In this document: piece after piece, positions 28,160 through 41,602 of the stretch | How positions within the stretch are numbered: the first letter of the stretch is position 1 | How the letters are laid out: each line of letters starts with the position of its first letter | Assembly (NCBI GenBank): GCA_000165425.1 | Contig: CT868671.1 | Span: 253,027 to 317,026, forward strand | Length of the DNA: 64,000 bases | Reading direction: 5' to 3' | DNA from: Paramecium tetraurelia | Taxonomy: Eukaryota | The notes under the pieces: generated by a model | The model's input: only the letters and a program-made list of their open reading frames with translations | Told to the model about the DNA's origin: nothing | Databases searched by the model: none | Translations under genes and position numbers: made by a program

Positions 28160-29442
28160 TCATTTTAGAATATTTACTAATTCATGATTTTCATCTAAGT
28201 ATTGAAAAGATTCAGATATTTGTAATTCAACATTTGTATCCAAAATTGAAATAAAAAAAAATTCTTAGAATTCTTATTTCATATGATTAAGCTAATAAAT
28301 AATAAAAAAGTATACAGAATGCCATAAGTCCAACAATTCAAGTCCATTTCGAACACATAGGCAGACAACGATAGATGGATCAATACTTTTATTGTGTATT
28401 AATTAGATATTTTAACATGTGTAAGATGCTTAGGTTTTTGAAAGATCTTCAAAATTCTAAGCGTTTTAGACAAAATGAGGATCTAAGTATATAAGATAAT
28501 CTTGAATTCTTCCTACAATATAGAAGGCTCTATTCGTAACTCCTCCAATAATACCTTAAAAGTAAGGCAAAGTCATTAGAATATTCAAGACTTCCAAATA
28601 ATCCTAATTAACCCTTTGAAGGCCAATTCGAGCAGGAAGAAAAATAGCAATGCCTTTATCATGTTATGATATGAATTGATTATTGTTTTTTATACATTCT
28701 TTTAACCATTCTTAATTGCCTTTATCATAATTAAACATTTGTTTTATTGCATCCTATAGAATGAAGGCGCATTAATAATTGATATAGATTTACATGTTTA
28801 AGGAGTCTTATTATGAAAAAATTCGATTTACATTAAGAGTATTTGAACAAGTAGTTTAAAGTTTCAAGTATTTCATTCGGTTTATACCAATCTCCAGGCT
28901 CTTTCTTAAATTCAACTTTTGCATGATAGACAATTTTTTGAATAGAAAATGGAGCATGATAATATTGGACTTAGTTCTTTTGATCTTACTTTATAAAATT
29001 GATCAATTCATCATCATCATCATCTAAGAAATGTCTAATTAAAACTATCAATTATTCTGGCTAAGTAAAAGAATGATAATGCCTTATAACTTAAGCTAGG
29101 GCCATTTAAGCAACTCTAATCATACATCCCCAACCAGTATCCGATGTGAGTGAACTGACTTAAAAAATTAGAAAAATATAAACTTTAAAACTATGGTATT
29201 TTTTTCCGATAAGAAAACCAAATGATCGAAGAACAAATCCTTTTCAATTTTTCTATTCTTTACTTTAAAATAAATGAAGGATTCCTTACTTCTATGCCTA
29301 CATCGTTTTTTATAGTTTCGTTCAATATATGTATGACTTTGTCATTTTATCTTATCTATTTATCTATGTCATAAACATATTAAATCAAATTAAATTTAAC
29401 ATTATACCATCTGTCAAGCAAGGATCCACATAAGTTATACAT
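28160..29442 (-). CDS. ATG4: Autophagy cysteine protease ATG4 (peptidase C54)
   Basis: SDTGWGCMIRVAQMALAQ (catalytic Cys), APFSIQKI, GGVTNRAFYIVG, YLDPH (Asp/His), SIDPS. Confidence 0.92.
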
Positions 29443-29495
29443 ATATTTATTAAATGTGAAGAATTAATACTTATTTCTGTATATTTTAATAAAAA

Positions 29496-32400
29496 ATGGC
29501 TAATCAGTTTATTGAATATACATCTTAAGAATTTTTGCAATTGCATTCTTACCTTTTAAACACAAATAACAATACTCTTGAGCTAGAGAAAACAGTAATT
29601 TTTTAATAGATTATTTCCAGTTCAAGGAAATAGAAAGAGCATGCACTACTTTTTCAACATCTTTAAAAAAAATTGCGGAACGGCTCCATGAATTTGTGAG
29701 TAAAGGCACAGGTGATGATGACAATATCGAATGTGTTTACTAGTATTTGAGCAACTTTTTGCTTTAAAATTCATAACAGTGGCAATAAACAAGCGAAAAT
29801 CTTAGAAGTGAAGTTTATTTATTTTATTATGCATGCCTTAGGTTCTTGAACCATATCAATTAATCATGAGCAATTATAGAAATATAAACTTAAAATTGTC
29901 ATCTGAAATGAAAGAATATATTGGGAATATCTAAATATTGAATAAGCATATATCTGATTAATAAGAGGAGTATATAAGGCTAATGTAAAATGCTGATAAG
30001 AGTTAATTACTTATGGAAAGAACAGTTGGAGAAATTGCAAAGGGAAACAAAGGAAAAGATGAGCTAGTCAGGGCTTCAGAAAGATAAATAAAATTAAAAG
30101 AGATTGCCATCGAGGCACAGGAAGATTATAAAAAGATTATTGAAAAAGGAAATAAAAAACTCTCTGATTTTGATTTGAAGATTAAAGATTGGTATTAATA
30201 AGTATTTTTAAATGATGAAAACAGGTAAAATTTATGATTAATTATAGAATCAAGTTTTCAAAATAAATAATGCTTTCATTAATGAAAAAGTTAACTAATG
30301 ATACTGTCTACTCTATATATCAAGATAAGCTAAATTAATTAGAGTTACGAGTGATTCAAAAGCAACCACTGGATCTTCAGCATTAGATCTAAAGATTGTT
30401 AAAAAAAAGTGGAAGTAATTCTTATATCTATTGAAGCTGATAATGTTTAATTTTAATTATTTGATTAAATTAATTATGATTAATTAAAGAGGGGAGATTA
30501 AAAAAAAAATATGCAATATGTTGGAAGCGAGTGGACTTTGATAGGCGAATAAATAACCGAAGAACAAGCAACGAAAATTTAACAATTTATTAATGAACTT
30601 ATGGAAAATTAAGAAACCTCAGATGACAGTGCCAATAATTCAAGAAATAGATCATATTCTACATCTTCAACAAAGTCAAATTAATTTTTGTCACATGAGT
30701 ATTTAGGAGTTAAATAATTAATGTCGAAATAATCAGCTAGATAATTCTTGAATAATTTAATATAAAAAGAGATTGAAAAAAGAAAAGTTAAACAATTAAA
30801 TTTGTCAGAAGATTCATTTAACGAAGTTAGCGCTATTTTTAAACATGTATTTTTAATTTTAGATGCTGAATTTGATGTGGAAGAGTTCTATAATTTTTTA
30901 TAATTATCATATAGGATTGTAAAAGGGGACAACTCTCATCTGATCTCAAGTTTTTCAAAATTGGATATTTGGCAGAATAAATTGAAATGGAAATCATTAT
31001 ATGAGCATATTAAATCAACTAAGTTTTAATAAAAACAAATTCTGGATCAATAATTCAACATTGTAAAAAAAGGATATGGATTGATAAGCAAGGGATTGAA
31101 AAAAATTACTGGTGTTGTTTAAGGACAACAATATTCAGAAAAAGAAAAATATCAATAACAAAAATACAGTGTATTACATGAGATTGCTACATTCCTAAGT
31201 GAATTGAATGTCTCTCCTTAATTAGGAACTGATGTGATATTGGAACTTGCATTTCATTCTGATATCAAATTAGAAAAGGTGCAACTAGAAAAACTATTGT
31301 AAATTTTAGAAGAAAAAAATGCAATTACATTTAATTAAAAGTATTCTTCAGGTTTTTGTATTAAATAAAGAAAGGAAGATAAATATAAAAGACATGGATT
31401 CAATAACCCTTAACTAAAATAGATTTACTCAATCAGATTATCAATTAAATATTTATCATATAAAGATAGACCTTATCAATTATTACTAGTATCTAAAGTT
31501 TTTAAATTTCACTTAAGATTTGCTATAGAAAAATATTATATTATTCATAATAGTGTACCATATATGGAGCAAAACCAATATTATAGAGCATAAAATCTAA
31601 AGGTTTATCTCAGAACTGATCAAAATCATATGGATTATGCTCTCAAAAAATCTGAAGCATAATAGGAGATATAATAATACGAAGAAATTATTACTATGGA
31701 TGTTTAAAGATCTTTACAACTCCATTTTGATAGGGTTCCTTCAAGCAAATTACAATCATTCCTCAGAACATATGCATTTCATAATAAAGAAGTAGGATAT
31801 TGTTAAGGAATGAACTACATCGTTGGATATTTGTATTTAACATTTGAAGATGAGGAAGTAACATATATAGTATTTGATTATATAATGAGGAACTATTTTT
31901 CTTAATATTTTGAAAATGAATTTGAAATGCTGGTATTTATTTTATATATTTGTATTAGAAAAAAGTATTCTACCAATATGAGAGGTTGTTATTCTTATTT
32001 TTACCAAATTTATATCATCACTTTAAAAAAGTAAATATGGTTAATTATCAAAGTAAAAAGTTGATGCATCGTACTATTTAACTGCTTGGTTTATCACGGT
32101 ATTCACATAAGTATATTAGTTTACCTTGCAATCTGCATTGCTAAATATTATATGGGATATTTTTATCATCTAATAGTGGAAAGGTAATATAATTAAAGAG
32201 TAAATTTTAGGATTTTACAAATGTGTCTTATTTTTATTATATTTCTACTAAAAAGAATTATTGCTATTAGAGTTTGATTAGATTCTTCATTTTTTGAGTG
32301 AAATTATAAAAAATGAATTATTTAGTCTAAAAACAGAATAATAAGTTTAAGAATACATTTGTACTAAGTTAAAAATACCATCTAAGGCCCTTAAAGGAAT

Positions 32401-32512
32401 TATCACTAATTAATTCCATGTTACGAATAGTCTTTTGTAATAATTAGAATAAGAGTTTAATTGTTTTTCAACAAACTTCGATTCATAATTAAAATAGTTT
32501 AAATACAAATGA
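29496..32512 (+). CDS. F-BAR-like N-terminus plus Rab-GAP TBC domain protein
   Basis: TBC motifs ITMDVQRS (Arg finger), YAFHNKEVGYCQGMNYIVGYL (Gln finger), YLTAWFITVF, IWDIF. The N-terminal ~270 aa is helical (..SENLRSEVLEPY..QEDYKKIIEKGN..DENRIKF) and typical of F-BAR. Confidence 0.85.
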
Positions 32513-32559
32513 AAAATTATAGCAAATTAGATTATAAAATATAAATAATATGATTTAAA

Positions 32560-35500
32560 TATTTTAAGAAATAAATAGAACATTAATTTATTAATTTAAT
32601 GTATTTGCTTTTGTCTATTTGAATATAATATTCTAATACTGAAGGATACTTAATTTTCCCTCTCCTTATATTTTGTATTCTTAATGCAAATTTTCTTGAA
32701 TGACCAAAAACTCAGGGCATAAGGATTATGTTTATTTAAGTAGTTGTAAATTATCAAAATAGATGACCATAATCTACATATAACCCTTAAGAATTAAAAA
32801 CCAGTTGTTGTTAAATGATGGAATTTCTATACGTATTCATTCGATTATCATTTATTTATTAATTCTTAAATATTTGAGCATCTTTTTTTCGCATCAAGTC
32901 TTTTAAAAATGTAGTTTCCTCTCATAAAGTTTTATTTGGTGTTCGATTCTCCAGAGTCTTTTTTTCTAATTAGCATTTATCATAAATTTGTAATCGTTTG
33001 TGCTTATACTAAATACATAAATTTTACTCGAAATAAAATTTAAATTGGATGCCTAGAACAACAGTAAATAGACATTTCATTTCTAGCTAGTGATCCTATA
33101 GATGAGATAAAATATATTTTGTAAAATTTCTTTATTCAGCCTAACATAATTTCATTTTATTAATTAGTTACAACTAGCCAATTGATTTACTTGTTTAAGA
33201 TCTTATGATTTATGTTAATCATCCTATCAAGTTCTTTACTGATTTGTAAAAGAAAACAACTTTATCATGTAAAAGAAAGTTCTTAAAACTTTAAGTTCAC
33301 CACTAATACTTAGAAGCATAATCATTTTACTAGCAACCATTGAAAATACATTATTATAATTATCATCTATTTTGCCTTATGGTAAGCACAATAAATTAAT
33401 TTACATATCGCATTTATTAAGGTTAAAATATAATTACGTCAACTAACTAGTTGATGTTCATTTTACATTACCATTCTAATAAGGAGATTCTTTTTGAAGA
33501 ATGAAAGCAATTTGATTTAGTGCTTGATTTTCTAAGTTAATATAAAAAGAACATTTACCATCTTTCATGATATAAGGATTTGAAAAACAACATCATTTGT
33601 TTTTCAAATATAAATCATTACTATTTTCTAAAAAAAGATGATATATTTAGAGTTATTACCGTAATAAAAGATTACTAAGTATTATTCATAAAAAATAAGG
33701 GTCAATTCTCGCCTTTATAAAGGTTTGCTACTATTATATATTTAATTCATAAGGAGTGACTAATTAAGTTTGTTAATTTATATTTTTCATTCCTAATTTT
33801 GAATTTAATTATGAAGGGAAACACATTTCTACAATGAATAAAATATGGAGTCACTTTTTGTTATGATTAAAAAAGGCTATTTACATATTTTAGACACATC
33901 AGCATTCTTGGAATTTAGTTAATAAATTTTATTGTTGATTCAACTTAGGATCATTTACAGCTTACCTTTTTATAAATTGGTTTCATATCAGAATTTTTTG
34001 TTTAATTTGCGTTTGTTTTTATCAAGTTTTTACAAATATCGAAATTGAAAAATAACATGATTCTACAATATGGATTTTTGGCTTTAGAGGTAAGGAGATT
34101 TTGAATTAACATAAAAGTATAAAATATAATTATTTTACTGCTTAATTTAAAATCAAATAAATTATTTTTCAAAAGTCTATAATTTAAAACATTAATTTTG
34201 ATGCTACTATTCCACACTATTTCGATTGGTGTTATTTAGGAATAAATTCTGAAACAGCCAATTAAAATTCTTAATTAACAAATAACGATGATAGAAGAAT
34301 TACTGATGATTATTATTTTTCTTGTTTGAAATAGCATATTGACTTCGAAATTATTTACTAATTTGTTCGGAATGCATTATAATTTATAATAATCGAAATA
34401 ATTTCAAAAATTATTTTAATTCCTTAATTATAAAGTCAATTTTAATGATAGAATTTTATATTGTATTCGATGAATATAATTCTTCGTTTCATAAATTTTA
34501 TCTATTCATAATGTGAATATCGATTTTTATTCTTTATTTTAGAAAAACTCGTGTGAATTCCTCATTCATATATAAAATTAAAACATTTTAAAATTAGAAA
34601 TTTGTTAATTTTAATAAATAAATTATCATATAATACCATTCATTCTTCTCTATTGTTAAAATCAATTATCTTTAAATTATTTCTTTTTTTTCTTTTCTAA
34701 CTACAATTTTATGACCCAATTTTTATTACCATTCTCATAAACCTTATTCATCATCCATAAGTCCCCAAAATACAAAGTACTTTTGTGCATAAACTATTCT
34801 ACATTAATCAAATTTTTATTTTAAAGTGATCAAATGAATGAATTCAATTGGAAGAATTTTAATCATTTATTTTACTAATCAATTTAATCATCTTGAAGAT
34901 TTTTATTCATATATTAAATATTTTATTTTTTATAAATCATAATTCCTATTTTTCTAAATATTTTATACTATTGGATATACAGAATCGCAATAACTTAAAA
35001 GATGGTTATACTTAATTTCTTTAATGTTGTAATGAATTTACTAGTTGAGTTTAAGGTTTGTTCAACAAACTTATTATGCTAAGAGAGTTTTTAACTCTCT
35101 ACTAGCCTTCTGGATTGATTTAAAATGTGGACAATATGGAGGTAAATATATATAAGTAGCATATTTTAGGACCTCCTTATAAATTCCTTAAACCATATTG
35201 TTTATTACATTATGAAATTAATCTTACCAAAAAGTCTGAATTAATTTTGAGCTTGTCATTAAATTTAAAATGTAAATATTTTTTGTTCCATCTTGTTTAA
35301 TTGTAATTCCTGATTCAACAATATAAATTTGTTATCTAGACTCCAATATGTGATATAAAATTGATAATGATAAAGAGGAATGGCTTACATTTATTTTTTT
35401 TTGTGGTGGCTTTAAAGTTGATCCTATATATATAGTTGGATGTAGCTTAAAAGAGACACATTGTTAGTTTGCATCTAAATATTTAAAGAAAATCATTGTA

Positions 35501-38500
35501 TATATTTTTTAAAAACATAGTGTCTCTTGATTTTAGTAATTCATACATTCTTTCAACCAAGTTATATGTTTTCTTCGATAGTAATTTAGTAATCTTAAAA
35601 ATGAAAACAATCATCAATAAACCATCTTAAATCTGCTGCAAATTTTTTTGACATTTATTGTATAATTTAATTTAATTTAATTTTAACGCATCCTAACTGG
35701 TTTATGGAAAAACAAAGTATTTGTCATTGAACTTGAATATTTAATATTTTCTTACCAACTTTCTAATCTTTAATTTAATCCATAAGGCTCTAATACTAAG
35801 GATCGCGCATTGTTTACACATGATTTTTAAACTAATTTAAGGTAATGTACTTAGGGATTATATGGTTATACAAATATTTGTGTTCACAAGAATGATCTTT
35901 CAACAAAAATTTCTTAACAACTACTCCTTAACTTACCTTATTAAATTTTTGTACTTTGGACCAAGTATTGTTTTCAATATGTGTCTCATTCCTTTTTTAT
36001 TTTTTTTGAATTCAAATTATGAAATTATTTTCAGAAAATGTAATGAAGTAACTTCGATAATGTATTAATCAATTACCTCATATTTTTTTGAGTTCCAATT
36101 TATTTTCAGAATAGAATTTATGTTTGTCCATATAAATTAATTCTTCTTTATTTTTAAATATCTTTTACCGTCATTTATTCTTTGGAGATGTATAAAATTG
36201 AATCACATTCATGATTGTAAGATAAATTAATTTTAAATAACAATAAATCTTGGCTAATTATTCTAACTCCAACTTAAATGCAAGCTCAATCGTTATCTCC
36301 TGCAAAATAATAAATAATTAGAAATAACAGCAAAAACAGCAATAACAGCAATAAAGTATGTAAGAGTTCCACCTTCACATAACTTAATTTTTTTAGAAAC
36401 TAAAATGTCTATGATCAAGCAGTTGCGTTACCTATTGAGAATATTAAAGGAAGGATTTCAAAAGAGATATTTGCCTGATGGATAAGATTGGATTATTAGG
36501 AAACCAATGTGATTTCAGCAATGACTGAACAATCAAAAGATTAGATTCATTTCAAATAGAAATAAATTACAATCAGCTCTCATTTAAGTTAGATTTTCAG
36601 GGTCACCTCGATAGAATGTTAATTTCTTTTAAGACTTATCAAAAATAATTAAATTAACTTTTTGTGAGACTAAATTCGCCTATCCTGATCTTTATAGATC
36701 ATAAAAATTTTTCCTCCCACATATTATTAAAGGTCTTCCATCTACAATTTCGAACAAATTTGTTTGTTATTCCATAATATCATATGCATTGAATTTGACT
36801 CACTTAGTAATGGTACTGATTTCGGATGTTAGTCCTGGATAAATGATACAAAATTATTAATTTTCATTAATGAAGCAATTGAAGATTCTTCCATCTCTTT
36901 GTTTTTAACGGAATATTACAGTATTTTTCAACATTTTAAATAATTCTTTCTTATCTTAATTGAGAAAGACTTTGAGTTTACTAAAGTAATTATGAGATTT
37001 AAATTTTTGAAAGGTGAATATTGTGATTCTATTTTTGTTGATAATTCTTTCTTCCAGAGCATGTTTTTGTAATTGATGTAGAAGTCCTGGAAAGATTGAA
37101 CATATTTATTTTCCATAAACCTGTGCATTCTATTGCTTTCTATTTGATGCAATATAATATTCACTTTTGTTCTAAGGTCTTACATGATATTATCAATTGT
37201 TGAAGATAATATGTGATGTTTCTATTTCTTCTGGAAGTTATTCCATCCTGTGTGCCGAATATATTTTGATTACTCTACCAATATAATCTATTATGAGAGA
37301 AATAAATATAATCAAGTCGTAATAATTAATTTAAAAAGGTTCATACTTCAAACATTCTAAAATTCTGAAAAAATCATTAGAATCAATAAGCGCTTTATAA
37401 AATAACACTTAATATAAAAAAGGATATGGTGAATAAAAAGGAAAGTATCTGCAGTTTAAAATGTTCATTCATGGGCGGTCTTAAAGTTGAGTAATATATT
37501 ATAGTTAATTTAGTGTAATAAAAAGGCATTAAAAAATAAATAGAATGATAATTAAATTTAAATAGAAAATTATTAATTAGAATCCTTAAAAGTAATATAG
37601 TAGAACTACATTTATGTTGAAATATATTTTAATCATAAACTCAATATAAATTGTACGAGGAGTGTAAACTGAAATATAAAATTCCAACCCTTTGACTTAA
37701 CCATATCATTCGTCATCATTAACATTTTCATATTAATATTTAATGAATCAGCAACCCTTGAATTTACTTTTTTTGACTTTAATGATTATTTATATTGCAA
37801 AAACCTATCAAAATTTATTTGTTTTTAATATTATAAGTAATCATCCAAAAATACATTTAAACTATGTTAAATTAAAAAAACTCTCTGTCATTAAGCTTAA
37901 ATTTAAATTGGAGGTATATATCAAATACAATTTAGATTAAATTTTATTACATTCAATTTTATTATTTCTTTATCCATATTTGTTTAAAATCGAATATTTC
38001 ACTTCTCTCTTTTATCTGAATCTTTTTTTCGAAATCATTTTGCTTTTTATCACCATATTTCTATCAAAAATTGAATGTAATCATGGAGAAGAATATTATA
38101 ATTTGTTAAAAATAATTTGACTAACCGCCTAGTAATATCAATATATTCCAGTAATTTGCTTTTATTCACAATTTTCCAATTCTCGAATTAATTTTTTTAG
38201 CATAATTATCTGTTATTATTTTTGTTTTATGAAAATATCTCAACCTATTTTTCAGATCATCCAGTTACAGAATCAATATTGACCTAAACAGATCTTAATT
38301 AAATTTTAACTCATTCTAATAGCGCTCGCAGTAGCGCATTTAATAATTTCATTTCAAATTCAATAAGATTTCAACCATGCTGGTTGTCCTAATTTCGCAA
38401 TTTTCTTTGAAATCTCCTTGCTTTCACCAATAAAAGCAATTGTTTCCAAGTCATTTGTGTTCCAAGAAAATCGCATTCAGCAATGCTTAAGCAGTTGCCC

Positions 38501-39990
38501 GAAATCTTTGCACAAAATATTCCTCTGAAGCCTAAGCCAAACTGCTGCAAATTAACGATCTATTATTATGATAAAATTATTAAAGTTAATAGATGATAGC
38601 ATTCTCTCATGCTTCATTTTACTTATTTTAGCATTTTTGTTAGCTTGTATATACTGATTTATATCAAATAATATGTTTATTTGTAGTACTAGAATAATAA
38701 GTCCTAATTCATACATATGCTCCATTGAGTACAATTCATCCTTAGACTAATAATTCAAATATTATTTAATACACAATTCCGTATTTTTTAGTTGTCTAAA
38801 AATGTGGTGTATAATGAGGTAACAATTCATGGGGAATCACAATTTAGAATTTTATGTGCAAATTTACTTCGATGAGCTTTGGAGTTGAGCATATAATTAG
38901 TCGTTAACATTCTCTAACAATAACTAATAAGCTAAAAAACCTTCAAAATTAATCGTAGGCTATTATAAGCTACATTTTTAGGGGAATCTCGTCGCTCCCA
39001 AATTTGGATTTTTATTTTTACCTGATGCTTGAATAGTAAGTTTAATTAGTAATCTAAATGACCATTGAGCATATAATTTCACAACTATGCAAAGGGATGA
39101 AATTGAAAATGCACACTCATGATTAGAAAATCTTTCCAAAAATTCTTTAAATATACATTAAGATATTCAAATTTTCATGCAACTCTCCTTTACCCAACTT
39201 TAAATCCCATACAAGATAATTATTTAACATACATAATTGTACTTAAAAGTTATATAATTAGGATTTGTATAAGTTAAGTTGCCGCAATAAAATGGTTGAT
39301 TAATGTATTAACAATTGCTTAAATTAGTTGGAGAAAGGACTCTGGTGATCATTGATATAATATTGAAATATAAATTAATAATGTTTAAATTTTATTAATT
39401 AGGTTGCCTATATTAGATTAATACACTTATTCATTTTATTTATTCTAAAATTAACGTATTAATTAAGTTTTAGCTCGTTGTTTTAGTTTTAGAATTTAAT
39501 CTAAAAAGAGAAATAATTTTTAGAAAAAATAGTTTTATTATAATAATCAAAGAAATAAATAGAGGAAAAATTCCATAAAATTTCATATAGGTGTGTTAAT
39601 TCAAAGAAAAGTATTATTTTCAGCTTTTTCATTAAATAAAGTTTTTATTTTATTATATAATATTGAAAACTATGCAAAAAAAAGGAATCGATAAAGCCAC
39701 TTCTTAGATGAAGTTAGCTTTCTCTCATTAGAGAGTTAAAGGAATTCAATGTATATATATTTATTATAAATAAAAATGAATTATTAATTCGAAATTATAA
39801 AGCAGATTTGGGCATCAAAGAAAATTTGGGCATTTTTTAAATATTAGAATCTTTTGAATTAGAGGATCAAAGAATTGATATAAGAATTAGATCCAAAAAT
39901 TCAAACTGTAATACAGTTGAAGGAGAAAAAATAACTAATCGGAATATCAAATAGGTAATTTACAACAGCATGTACCAAAGCTTTAGAAAA
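32560..39990. pseudogene. Tract of decayed gene remnants on both strands
   Basis: Patches of coding-like sequence and residual GT..AG mini-introns (e.g. ~35142-35169) are broken by in-frame TGA and frameshifts. No intact long frame was found. Confidence 0.5.
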
Positions 39991-40018
39991 TAAAGCAAAC
40001 CTTTTAAAACCATTATTC

Positions 40019-41557
40019 ATGTTGAATAAGAGAAACATACAAAATAATTAGAAGTATCTAATTGATATTTTATAAATAATCCACTATTCAACATAAAATG
40101 AGGAATCTAATTATGTTTAGGATACTATAATGAATCCAAATAAAATAAAAGAATAGAAATAGGTAAGGTTTTAACATAAATTTAGCTATATCAAATATTA
40201 GAATTGATATTTGTGATGTTATAAAATTAATAAAGAGAAACAACCAAATATTAAATTTTGATATGTTTAGATTCTATCTTAAAATAGTTGATGAAATGCT
40301 CATAATAAAATCCTGAAATATTGTAATAATTAATAAGGTTTTAACAATACAACAGGAGTATTTCTTATAAAAAATCATACGAAGGAATTGGTCAATATAT
40401 AAAGGCAATAACATCTTTTGATTGTAAATTAAAACCAGATTTGTCACCTGAAGCAATCGACTCTACATTGAATAATGTATTACAACAATTAGATTGTGTA
40501 ATTTGTTATAGTGCCATGAAAGATCCTGTGTCATTGAAATGTGGACATAGTTTTTGTAAGAAATGTAGGGCTTAAGACCAAAATAATTCTCAGAAATGTC
40601 CAATGTGTAGGTATTAATACTGAAAAATTTAGAGTGGAACAGGTAGACGATATTTATCTTAGCGAAAATAACAAATTCTTAATAAAGTTGATACAACTAA
40701 GATTAAATTTTGAGAAAAAGAACAATATATACCAGGAGGAGTATTAATAAATTTACATAAAGCCGCAAAGCAAGGAGACTTATGAATAAAAATTAGTCTT
40801 AAGAACATTGTAATCTCTCAAGTACTTAATCGAAGAGGAGGTTGAGATTGATACAAAAAGATTTAAAACACTATCAACTCTTTAGTTTCAATAATTAATA
40901 AAATAACACCTTACTTTTATACTTATTGATAAAAATGAGAATGCATATCTAGTGAAAAATATTTTAACTTATATAAGCAAGAACAAAACAAGAATTAAAG
41001 TTCAATATTATGACAAAATAAAAATTGCACAATACCATTTATTAGAAATTGCATTGAATTAAGAAAATGGAGAATACATATTTGAATCAGAATTTGCAAC
41101 AGCTATTACATATTAGGATGAATACATAGATGTAAATAACATTGAAAATCAAAAATAAATCAGTCTATTGATAAATAGTATTAAAGAATTCTTCAATCAG
41201 GCATTTCTAAATTAACAGCAAGATTAAACATAATAAACTATATCTTCATTCTTGGCGTAATAAGGATTCTTAATGTTACACAATTCTGATATTATTAGCA
41301 ACTATGACGATATGAGAAAATATTCATATTTGGTTCCGAATCTCCTAAGAATACCTGAAAAGGAGAGAGTGGAAATCTAATAGATGAATAATTTAATTAA
41401 AAGATTAGAATTGATTTAAAAGAGTTTAAATAGATTCAGATCCTGCTCAAACTTATTGATGATATTGTAAATTCATTATGAGAATCATAGTCTAAGGAGG
41501 AATACTATTATCTTTACTATAATATGTTTGGTTTTATTGTTTTTTGTGTTGTTGTGA
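40019..41557 (+). CDS. RING (C3HC4) finger plus Lon-N-like domain E3 ligase (LONRF-like) with C-terminal TM
   Basis: CVICYSAMKDPVSLKCGHSFCKKC..CPMCR, a later YSYLVPNLLRIPEKERVEIQQMNNLIKRL (Lon-N-like end), and terminal IIFTIICLVLLFFVLL-TGA. Start is approximate. Confidence 0.75.
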
Positions 41558-41602
41558 ATCATGATAAGTTTGTATCAAAATATCAATTATAATTATTCAA
41601 AT

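Noticed and set aside
38000..39352. Weak resemblance of a minus-strand remnant to Clu-domain proteins
   Set aside because: Only a few loose motif similarities with many disablements, which is not enough to name a family.
32560..39990. In-frame TGA codons as selenocysteine or readthrough, or retained IES/transposon sequence
   Set aside because: TGAs co-occur with frameshifts. No SECIS-like element, redox motif, terminal inverted repeats or transposase motif was seen.
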